Shown here: positions 54,767 through 64,000 of the stretch, one piece after another
How positions within the stretch are numbered: position 1 is the stretch's first letter
How the letters are laid out: every line of letters begins with the position of its first letter
NCBI GenBank assembly: GCA_013239625.1
Contig: MU053652.1
Coordinates: 8,529,499-8,593,498, forward strand
Direction: 5' to 3'
Source of the DNA: Lama guanicoe
Taxonomy: Eukaryota
DNA: 64,000 nt
Translations under genes and position numbers: made by a program
The notes under the pieces: generated by a model
Database searches by the model: none
Told to the model about the DNA's origin: nothing
The model's input: the letters and a program-made list of their open reading frames with translations, nothing else

Positions 54767-56116
54767 AAAGTTTTTATAATCCCAGAAGATACTAATCCCT
54801 TCTTGTCTAATTTAATTTTTGAAAATAAAGACTCTCTATAGAAATGAATTCAAAGCAGGAACTACAGGACTTTAAAATATCAAGGCATATAAAGATCAAA
54901 CCAGCTCTTATGAATAAAACATCCAACTTAATCCGTATGAAATTGTTTTTTAAAATAAGTGTCTAAGTCTAGTACTCTTATCCTTCAGTCATTCTTCAAA
55001 TTATAGCTTATGAACACCATCCGGGTCTGAAATTTGTTTCCACGTGGCTCTTAAGGATACTCCAGTGCGTGACTAGTTCCGCTTAATTGCTCCAATACTT
55101 GAAAATTTACAGGCATAAAATCCAAGCCTTAGGTAGAGCCAAGCTCCCAGAAAAGTTCATCTGTATGACTTTTCCTTGACAACAAATCTTAATACTAAAA
55201 GGTTTAGGAATATTAACTATAAGCAAGTGCATAAGGACATGGTAACACCTAAAATAGGAAAGCAAGCATTTTAATTCAGAGTTCAATATGCGAGGTGCCC
55301 ATAGTGTGCACCCAGGTGCATTAATTCTCCCAGCTGTCTGAATTTTCTTAGACACTGTAGGCCATGTTGACCAGAGCAAAGTCATACAGGTTGTGTGAGA
55401 CTGTGCCCATGGGGTAAGGAAGGATACAACTTACAAGTTTGTAATGTATGAGGTTCAGGTGCTAAACTTCTTCAGCTTCAGTCATATACAAGAAATTCTC
55501 TCTCTTTTTAGGTAGCAAATACTGTCCAATTTTGAGATTTGTCTGCCACAAGAACACTGGGGAAACCAGAGGTGGGATGGGATGGGATTCTTTTTGGAGA
55601 CACGTGTACACATGCACACACAAATACACGTGCATTTTCAACCTTAGCTATTCTCAGTTCTTCTTTCAAACATTCCAGTCTTCCTTGGGTTGTTCTTTTT
55701 GACTGTCAGTGTGAACTAAAACTTGAGTCTGTCCTGCACTGGTCCAGGGCTCAGTGGAGTGCATAGAGATGTCCTGTGGCATAGCAGTTGATACCAGCTG
55801 CCGGATTAACAGCAGCTTTCCTTACAGTCTGACCAAAGACTACCCAAGATGTCATTGACAAGGCAATTGTGATTGACTGACTTATCAACAGTTTTCTTTC
55901 ATTGCTACTTCGTTCTTCTAAGCATAACAAGACAGGATGAAAGAAGTTTTTACAAAGGCAGCCTATCTTGGAAGTTTTTCAAATTGCAGAGTAAATTTTA
56001 CAATTAAAAAAGAAATGAGCTCAATCTAATTACAAACCACAATCTAAAGTGTTTGTTCAAAGTTAAAGATGTAAGTCTTAAAATTCCCAACTAGGCTGAT
56101 TAAATCAGAAATGCGC

Positions 56117-56191
56117 CTTTATCTCAGTTTTGTCATTAAATTACATGGTGTCTGTGCATCTAATTATTTCTCAAAATCATCACTGGTAAAG
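56117..56191 (-). ncRNA. Candidate box C/D snoRNA-like element
   Basis: GTGATGA (56183-56177), CTGA (56127-56124), terminal stem CTTTACC/GATAAAG, possible D' CAGA and C' TAATGA. Confidence 0.25.
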
Positions 56192-57381
56192 AAAATATGT
56201 TTTATATTAATGTCGATGCCTTAAGGAAACTAAATCAAATGGCTAAGTTGTCTGTAAACAACAGACCAATTCCCACATATCACATGTGCTTTCTGTGTTG
56301 AATACTGAAAATGAATGACCCTAAAAACAAAAGGCAGGGTCAGTGCCTGCCAATCAAACCAACATATCAACAAGCAAAATGTACTTTCAAGCACACTCTT
56401 TGGTGAACAGAAAGCACCGTTATTCTGATAATATACGATGTTGGAGGGGAAAAAAAAGGCAGAAACACATACCATTTAAAACTAACTATTAAAAATGCAG
56501 TAGTCTTTAAAAGAAGCACCCCACCCATAAGATTCTCAAAAGTATTCAGTAGCTTGGCATTTTGAATTTTAAGTAAATTAGATTTGATGCCCTTTCAGTC
56601 TATTTTCTTAATAAAGCAAAGAAAAGAAATTGAACCGATTACAAGATGGTCTGTCTTAAACATGAATAGAATGAACAAATAGTGTAGATGGCTCACCCCA
56701 GGCCAGGAAACAACTAATACAGCATCGCATCTGGTCTCTCAAGATCAACGGCTTACCTAGCAGCCCCGTGCTTCTGTTCACTTCTGTTCCAATACACCAT
56801 GGGTGGGATCTGCGGAGTTCTAATGATTCATGGCTGGTGGCATGTTTGTACAAACCAGTGTTTCTGTTGGATTGTTGTTCAAAGAGTACTGAGTGCAAAT
56901 GAAGAAATACAAAAGGCTGTGCCTTTCAGCCTTACCATCACGTGCACTAAAATCCTCCCTTAATGAAAGCTCTCAAGCGCTTCATGATTTCACAGGATTT
57001 TCCCCTCATTTCCCCTTCCATTGATTAAAACTCCTCAGTCCATCCCTCCAATCCCTGACCTTTAAACGTTATTCTTTGAAGTTGAAACACAGAATTTTTA
57101 TTTTCACAATACCTTCAAGTATGCCTGCAAAAGCACTCCAACACCAAGGAAAAGCTCTAACCAGGGAGTTCTCTTTCTTTCCCTAACTCTTTAATTACCA
57201 AGAAGAATAAAACGGCAAAAGATGCTATGAAACTCCCCTGACCCACCATCTTCCTTCTTGATTCAGTCATCATTGCCTGCCCAGGGCTGCAGCTCACTGG
57301 GCCCCTGGATCAAGGTAAAATCCTGTTCCCTTTGATGAAGAACCAAAACAAGCATGTAAACTTCCCCAGAGACTAACTAGG

Positions 57382-57518
57382 TCATCGAAGGTGTGAAGTA
57401 TTAGTTGAAACAATGATAAATCCTTTATTAAAACTGGAAACACGACTCCTAGAAGATACTTGCTTATAGCTTCCTTGTCTACACCACCCCATGTACATGT
57501 CCTGTAATATCCCAGATA
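57382..57518 (-). CDS. Candidate terminal coding exon part (LSGILQDMYMGWCRQ...TSHLR*)
   Basis: Acceptor TTTGGTTGGCTCTGCAG; 95-nt intron; frame continues from the 57614-57734 exon. Confidence 0.3.
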
Positions 57519-57613
57519 CTGCAGAGCCAACCAAAGATGTCCTCACAAAGCCTCCTTTTATTTTAGTCTTAATGTGTAGTAGTACAGAAGAAACTTTCTG
57601 ACTACAAACTTAC

Positions 57614-57734
57614 GGAACTTTTTAAAGTCACTGGAGGAAACCCCTCCATTGCTTTCATCACGACCTTTTTTGTAGACGCCATTGTAGAGAGAATTCTGTT
57701 TTCTTATGAACTCTACTTCATGAAGTGCTTGTCC
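57614..57734 (-). CDS. Candidate 121-nt internal exon (GQALHEVEFIRKQNSLYNG...DFKKF if coding)
   Basis: Strong acceptor TTTTATTTTCCTCTAG, donor GTAAGT, one fully open frame; could instead be an untranslated exon. Confidence 0.45.
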
Positions 57735-58239
57735 CTAGAGGAAAATAAAAGAACTATACTATGGGTGGAATGTTTTTGATTTCCTGATCTCATAAAAGAT
57801 ATTTATGCAAACTTGCTTGATCTGCTTGATTTTTCCAAGACAGGGAGGTGGGAAGGGGGAGAAACCTCCCTTTGCAGGGGACATTTGTTAACAGTTGGAC
57901 ACCCAGGAAGTGACCCAGTGAAAAGGCTCCCTGTATCCATGGCAAGGACAGGTGCAGTCATTCTGTCCAGGTGTTCCTCATTTAGAAAAATGGTCTCCCA
58001 CTGTGAAAATGCTGTTCACGGTTCACATAGTCACGGGGTATGTAAATCATAAATGGCTTTAGAAACAAAATGTTAAATAGATTCAAGTTTATAATCTTCG
58101 CACTATTCCACTATTCAAGAATAGTGCGTTTTCCCTTTAAATGTCAGCTCTGAGATACTGCCAATTTAGCTAAGAATATTACCTTAAAAATGTGGTGACT
58201 AAATGCAAGAAATAAAACACAAAATACAATATGCTTTTC

Positions 58240-58320
58240 TTTTAAATTTTTTTAAATTTAAATTGTTTTATTTTTAAATTGAAGTATAGTCAGTTTACAG
58301 TGTTGTGTTAATTTCTGATT
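58240..58320 (-). mobile_element. Very short L1 3' tip (camelid type)
   Basis: T-rich head plus AATTGAAGTATAGTCAGTTTACAGTGTTGTG. Confidence 0.75.
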
Positions 58321-58445
58321 AAGAGAAGACAAGCATATTTTTAATGAGTATAGCTCATTAAGTAAATATTCAATATATAATTATTCCATTAAAAATGGAA
58401 CCAAATGCAAGACTAAAATCTATGTAAGTGCCCAAAAGAGGCTAG

Positions 58446-58553
58446 ACAAGGAGATTAAAATGTTAACATTGGCACTCAAATTAGTGAGTCTATACTAACA
58501 AGGAGATTAAAATGTTAACACTGGCACTCAAATTAGTGAGTCTGTACTAACAA
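58446..58553. repeat. 52-bp tandem duplication
   Basis: 58446-58497 vs 58498-58549, two mismatches. Confidence 0.95.
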
Positions 58554-58639
58554 AACTTCGTATTGTTCACTTTCTCTTATGAAGGGTTTGGTTCAAAGCC
58601 TCATAACCATACCACTTTCACCCAGCACCTTTACTGATG

Positions 58640-58890
58640 TAGGAGAAAAGTTACTGGACCTCAAATCAGGTGCGTTTCCATCCTGACTCTGTCATTTAGA
58701 GCTATGAGACCTTAGAAGGACTGCCACTGACTCCTCGTCAGTAAAAGAGTCACCCCTGTCACTCCGTTATCCTAGGAGGTACACAGCATCATATGCAAAT
58801 GGTGCCCCATAAATGGCTTTTATACATAAGGTTGTTATTCACTGTCTAGTTCAGTACCTGAAATGTATTACGCATTTGATAAATGAATAA
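58640..58890 (+). mobile_element. MIR plus L2 tail fragments
   Basis: TCCTGACTCTGTCATTTAGAGCTATGAGACCTTAG; TTTGATAAATGAAT. Confidence 0.5.
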
Positions 58891-59147
58891 GGGAAAATAC
58901 CAAGTCATAATACTAGTTTTATTCCTACTAGAAATTTGATTTACAATGTAAATATTATTTATGAGAAATATTTTGATAAATGTAGTCCAATTGGAAATTT
59001 AATACACCTCAGAATCCTCAAAATACAAAGCACAGAGTGTTCAACATAACTTGACAGAATAAATTAGAGAGAAATTTTTACCTCAAAGATAATATGCTTT
59101 TTTCCAAACACACATGTAATCTTTACAAACAGTGATCAAATTCCAGA

Positions 59148-59300
59148 GCAGTGATTCTTGAAATTTAGCATTCATAGGAGTCATTTGGGAGTCTTATTAA
59201 AATTCAGATCTGAGTCAGTAGAGATAAGATGGGGCCTGAGAGTCTCATTTCTAATAAGCTCCCAGTTGATAACAGTGCTGCCTGAATCCACTCCGGTTTA
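59148..59300. mobile_element. MER5A-like MITE
   Basis: GCAGTGATTCTTGAA...GATGGGGCCTGAGAGTCTCATTTCTAATAAGCTCCCAG. Confidence 0.7.
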
Positions 59301-59329
59301 TGCCGGAAATGCATACGTGGTCCAACATG

Positions 59330-60060
59330 GAAAAGATGTTCTAACGAAATCTGTTACATTAACAGATTAAACGACAAAAGCCAAGTGACACAGATCATAT
59401 CAATTAATGCTTGAAATGATTTGATCTAGACACTTAATGGCCTGCTTTGTTAACCAAAAGTATTAGCAAGCAAGGAACAGTATTCAAGGTTTTTCATTCA
59501 GTAAAGGGCATCAAAGTATATGTAGCACAAATCCCCACATACAATAGTTGTAAGATATTAGATGTGCTTCCCTTAGATAGGAAAACAGTAAGGATGATTA
59601 TTATCACTGCTGCTGTTAAGATACATACTGGACTTTTTACTCAATGCAATAAAAAGAATGCTAATTAAAAATATCCATAGGAAAGGAAAAAAATTAGTTT
59701 GTCTTTATTGGAAATTATATATCTGTGTACATGGAAAAGCTAAGAGAATAGATTTTTAAGAAACTATTATAAAGTCTTTGATAAGGTAACATAAATAAAC
59801 ATACAATTAACAAAGTATTTTAAATCCCTAGAAGAAGAAAACTTAAAATGTCTAAAAATGGCCACAATACAGGAAAATCCATCTCTTAAAAAATTCTTGA
59901 AGGACATAAAAATAACCTGAATAAATGGAATGACAATTTATATTTCTATCATGGAGGAATCTGTACTGTGAATATGTCAGATATCTCCCAAATTATCCTA
60001 TAAATGCAAAAAAAAACCACCCCAAACCCTAACTTTTAAAACTGACACTAATGTCTACAA
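59330..60060 (+). mobile_element. Old L1 ORF2 fragments
   Basis: ATTAACAGATTAAA...ATCATATCAATTAATGC; CCTGAATAAATGGA. Confidence 0.65.
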
Positions 60061-60109
60061 TTGATACTCAAAGAGGAAAAAGAAATATCAGAAGTGCTCA
60101 AAGAGCTTT

Positions 60110-60400
60110 CCCTCTCTTGAACAAGCAGAGCACACACCTGCCTCAGGGCCTTTGCACATCCCATTCCCTTTGCCTCAAATGCAAGTCTTCTGTGACAGCT
60201 GGCCCTGTCTCACTGGGCCTCAGCTCAGTAATGCCTTCTGTGCCTTTGTGTAATATGGATATGCACACACACGCACATGTACCTGAGGTGTAGGTCTATC
60301 CCGTTACGTGTCTCCATCCACCTGCTTACTATTTGGCACTCCCATCAGAACATAAGCTCCATCAGTGCAGGAATCATGTCTCTCCTGTCATCTCTGTGGG
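60110..60400 (+). mobile_element. L2 3' region
   Basis: CCTGCCTCAGGGCCTTTGCAC...CATAAGCTCCATCAGTGCAGG. Confidence 0.7.
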
Positions 60401-60882
60401 CTGGCTAATCCTGACATTCATGCTTTTTCTTTTTTTTTTTTTTAAAAACATGTTCCTCAAAACACGGTGTCTAATTTTTCACTATTACCAACTATCTCAA
60501 CGTCTAAGTGCTTGGTTAAATAATTACACATGCATACAATCGAATAGTATACAACCATGAAAATGATGAGTAAGGACCACTGTTGGTGACAGCACATAAA
60601 ACAATTAGAGTACAATCCCGTTTTTGTGATCAAATTCACGTGTAAAAAAGACATAAGGATACACATAATCCTTACAATGACTACCTTGGGGTTTTTGTAT
60701 TTCTTAATTTTTATATTTTCTAAAATAACCATGAAATTTTTTTAACAAGGAAAACCTAACATAGCTGTTACTGTATGCGTGCATGTGTGTTTTTGAGAAA
60801 CAGGCCTCTTGCCTTCCTACCTCCCTTATTACCTTTGTCCCAATGTACATAAACTCAGGAAAAAAAATTTAAAAAATTATAC

Positions 60883-60947
60883 CAGTGAGATTAAGTTGTA
60901 GAGCTTGGTGCTGTTTGTGGAAATCCACTTAATCCTTTCCCTTGCTG
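60883..60947 (-). other. Candidate 65/62-nt exon with NAGNAG acceptor
   Basis: TTGCATTGTTTTTAAAAG|CAG|; donor CTG|GTATAA; frame ARERIKWISTNSTKLYNLISL joins the 57734 exon in phase. Confidence 0.4.
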
Positions 60948-61143
60948 CTTTTAAAAACAATGCAAATCTTAAGTGAAAAAAAGGAAGTATTGCCAATATG
61001 TGTTTTGTAAAGGGTAGTCACCATTCAGGAAGACGCCTCTCTTCCCTTTCAAGGTAGGAACAACAAAACCTCCGTGAATTCTCGCCCTGGTGGTTTAAGA
61101 GGAAGAGCAGGGGAGAGAGGGTTTTGTTGTTAGAGAATCTAAC

Positions 61144-61212
61144 TTTAGGGTCTGGAAGTGTGTTAGACTGCGGCCCCTGTGACACAGAGCTCGCCATTTT
61201 CCGTGGTGTTTC
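61144..61212 (-). other. Candidate 69-nt exon (phase-1 reading GNTTENGELCVTGAAV*)
   Basis: Strong acceptor TTTTCCTCTGTTTCTGATAG; weaker donor AAA|GTTAGA. Confidence 0.4.
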
Positions 61213-61303
61213 CTATCAGAAACAGAGGAAAACGTGACACAAACCATAAATCACAGCAACCTTTCACCACTAGATGGTGATCTAGCGGCTTGGCCATTCA
61301 GAC

Positions 61304-61322
61304 CTCTGACGTCATTGGTCTC
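61304..61322 (-). other. Candidate 19-nt microexon or alternative acceptor
   Basis: Acceptor TCTCGTTTCTCTTTTTGAAG; weak donor GAG|GTCTGA; would leave a 91-nt intron. Confidence 0.3.
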
Positions 61323-61582
61323 CTTCAAAAAGAGAAACGAGACACTCAATTCATCTTAAAATGGTAACATTTTCGTGAACAAGTAATTTGCAGCTGAGCA
61401 TTATATAGTTCAAACACAGCTATGAAAACAGTCTTTAAAATAACATGCTTAGGTCCTGGTTTTCCTAGTACACAGTTATACTCAAATTTAAGTAAGGCTG
61501 AAGGATTGATCACTTAAAGTGAGAATTCGGTACGTAGGCTCTCTAATTTTGACCTTCCACCTGTGCTGGATTTTTTTTTAAC

Positions 61583-61870
61583 TCATCTTAGAAGGAAAGA
61601 CCCACTACCAGGCTTGCAACGAAGCTTTTGTTTGAAGGAACTGACAGCCACACTGGGGCCAGTTCCTGGGAAAGGCAGTCCGTTGTGCTCATTTATCCCC
61701 GGCCACCAGTTCTCTTGCCTCTGGGTCCCTGACCGAGGCTGGGACTGGGCCTGAACTCTAGTTTGTTTGGAAAAGTCTAGAGTGAAGCTTGAATCCTGAC
61801 TTGTATAGTTTCCTTTCCCCACATCAGTGCCAGGCCATTGGCATAATCGATGTTTTTCTGGAACGTTCCT
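61583..61870 (-). CDS. Candidate exon with 95 open codons (RNVPEKHRLCQWPG...SFLLR*)
   Basis: Acceptor GTTTTCTTTTCTAG at 61871; frame open to 61583; possible internal donor CTG|GTAGTG at 61608. Confidence 0.3.
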   Translation of the reverse strand, partial: RNVPEKHRLCQWPGTDVGKGNYTSQDSSFTLDFSKQTRVQAQSQPRSGTQRQENWWPGINEHNGLPFPGTGPSVAVSSFKQKLRCKPGSGSFLLR

Positions 61871-63274
61871 CTAGAAAAGAAAACTGGTGAACTTGTTTTA
61901 ACATGACCTCTTCTAAGCCAAAACAAGGCATACCTATAAATCATGATTTAGACACAGGTATTCACAACCACTGAAGACTGTCATGGTGCAGTTTTACAAC
62001 CACAGGTATAAATTATATGTTAGTCATCTTTATTCTTTTAGGAAACTTTTTAAATAAAATATCTGGTCTCTGAAATACTGTGCAAATGAGTGGCACAACT
62101 TACAGTTGTGTTTAAAGACAAAAGATCATGTAGTTTACCATTTTCATAGACTATTTCTTCAATGGTATTTTAAGAAAATGCCAAGGATTTCGGTACCACT
62201 AGAGTGTGTGGTACTAAGGCAATGAAGCAGAAAATACTTAAACCTTTCTTAAACTTCTGAATGATCATGAATGGCAATTATTACTCCAAATCATTGAAGA
62301 GATGCCCGCAGAGCACAATGTACGGTGAAGGGTCTGTTTCCCTAGACGTCCTCAATGGTTCCCTAGATTTTCTAGATTGACACATTTTTCAAGTTCGTAC
62401 ACACTTTATAGGATTTTCTAGGTCCTGCCTTGAAGTCAGTCAATCACTTTTCATTCTAATCACTTTGCTGCCTATAGAGTTTCTTATCTTCACCTATTTG
62501 CTATTTACTATCATAGAATTAAAAACTAAGTAAGTGAGTTTGTTAGAAGCGTACGTGAAACAATGAATAAACTCCAGGGATTGGTAAGGAGCATTGTTAA
62601 CAGTCACGAGCTTGTGACTTTCAGTGGGAGGACTTTGTTGTACCTGTTGAGCAGTATGTTATCCGTTTAGTGTCAGCTGTGTGTGCCTTCTCTTCCATTA
62701 TATTAACGACACGTTTCTTGAGGGCAAAAGGCACACGATTCCTCCTTGTGTTCCCAAAGCTACCGTCCAGCAGAGTGCTTCAATTACCACTGAAGGAATT
62801 CTCGTATACTTACTGTTTACTTCTTTTATATTTCCAGCAGTTTAGGTCCAAATGAATTAACAGTGGAACCAAAGATCAAAAGCTTCCATACTTGCTAGCT
62901 GGCAAGCTCAGTTGTAGTCCTTCTAAATCTTTCACCCTGACATGTCGCAGGAACGTCTTTCCCAGTTATGACTTAAGCAGTTAGACTGGTAACCAGGACA
63001 AGTACCAAGAGAAGCCACAGGTGAGGGTCACGGAATTATGAAGGGCTGGTGAAAGGCCAACAGGAACAGCGGTAACATTACAGCATGCAGCAGTTACCAG
63101 GAAATGTGTGCCCTATAATTCAAACCCTTCCTCCAGGAACAGAGGAAAGAGAGAAGACACGTGCACAGATACTGCTCATTTGCTGCAGCCCTCCTCCTGC
63201 TTAGCCTTCAATGGGATGATAAGAGGAGGCACACTGACCTATGAACTAGCTATTTATGGATGTTTCATATGCTT

Positions 63275-63545
63275 TGTTTATTTATTTATTTACTTACTTA
63301 CTGACTCACTGAAGTACAGTCAGTTACAATGTGTAAATTTCTAGCTGACAGCACGATGTCCAGGTCATGCATATACACACATACATTTGTCTTCATATTC
63401 TTTTTCATTAAGGGTTATTACAAGATATCGAACATAATTCCCTGTGCTATACAGAAGAAACTTCTCAAAATCTATTTTTTATATATCATGGCTAACATTT
63501 GTAAATCTCCAACTCCCAAATTTATCCCTTCCCACCCCCTTTCCC
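63275..63545 (-). mobile_element. L1 3' end (camelid type)
   Basis: TGAAGTACAGTCAGTTACAATGTGT...TTCCCTGTGCTATACAGAAGAAACTT. Confidence 0.9.
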
Positions 63546-64000
63546 TGTGTGTCATGTGGTTTTTAAAGTGACTTCTCCAACAAAACAGTGCTCTCTCATT
63601 TAAGTAGGAGTTACGCCTTTTTATCTGTATTAATATTTATGTTAGAAACTGGATACGCAAACCTGTGTTGCGTGATCAGTTCTGAAAGCGGAAGTAAGCC
63701 CTACCGCCCTTAGTGTCTTCAGGTCTTTGGGGTGTTCTTCCTGGGGCAGAGCCACCAGATGGGATCTGTGGTGTCAGAAGCTAGTCATAACATAGATAAT
63801 TTACAAGACTATATTAGAGCTGTAAAAATTGACTCTACATAATTGTTTTCTTACTTCTGAGGCTGTAGAGTATTAGTGTTCTCTTTTGAATGAATAAATC
63901 ACTTTTGTGATGATTTCAGCTCTAAACTGAAATAAAGTTGCTTAGAACTGGCAATAAAAAATGACTTGACCTGTTATTTTTCTTTCTACTACTGTATCCA

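Larger units (their letters stand above)
54745..57381 (-). other. Probable 3' UTR region (possibly further spliced) of an unidentified gene
   Basis: About 2.6 kb with no recognisable TE, between a candidate stop codon and the poly(A) signal; contains several splice-site consensus matches. Confidence 0.5.

Noticed and set aside
60949..61143. H/ACA snoRNA in the short intron
   Set aside because: Two hairpins and an ACA are possible, but there is no ANANNA H box in the hinge
62814..62936. Additional minus-strand coding exon
   Set aside because: A donor GTAAGT is present but the acceptor is poor and the frames I examined contain stops
1..64000. CRISPR arrays, operons, rRNA genes or other prokaryote-type systems; gene symbols for the two flanking genes
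   Set aside because: The sequence is mammalian with no repeat-spacer array, and I could not match either gene end to a known gene with confidence

Overview
Mammalian genomic DNA, most likely camelid (Camelus/Vicugna/Lama). This is inferred from a tRNA-derived SINE of the camelid Vic-1 type and several young L1 3'-UTR insertions. Most of the window is a repeat-rich intergenic interval (old L1, L2, MIR, MER5A, MER20B-like, Tigger MITEs, MaLR/ERVL/ERV1 solo LTRs). It appears to sit between two convergent gene ends. The first is a probable + strand 3' UTR ending near a poly(A) signal at 635-640. The second is the 3' end of an unidentified - strand gene (about 54.7-62 kb) with several small, well-bounded exon candidates, many extra splice donors and a poly(A) signal at 54761-54766. 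I could not name either gene. None of the long ORFs in the supplied track looks like a real single-exon gene. The most interesting items lie in the - strand gene end: phase-compatible alternative C-terminal/3'-UTR exons, a C/D-box snoRNA-like element and intronic hairpins. Repeat family names come from my recollection of consensus sequences, not from a database search, and repeat boundaries are approximate unless target-site duplications (TSDs) are quoted.
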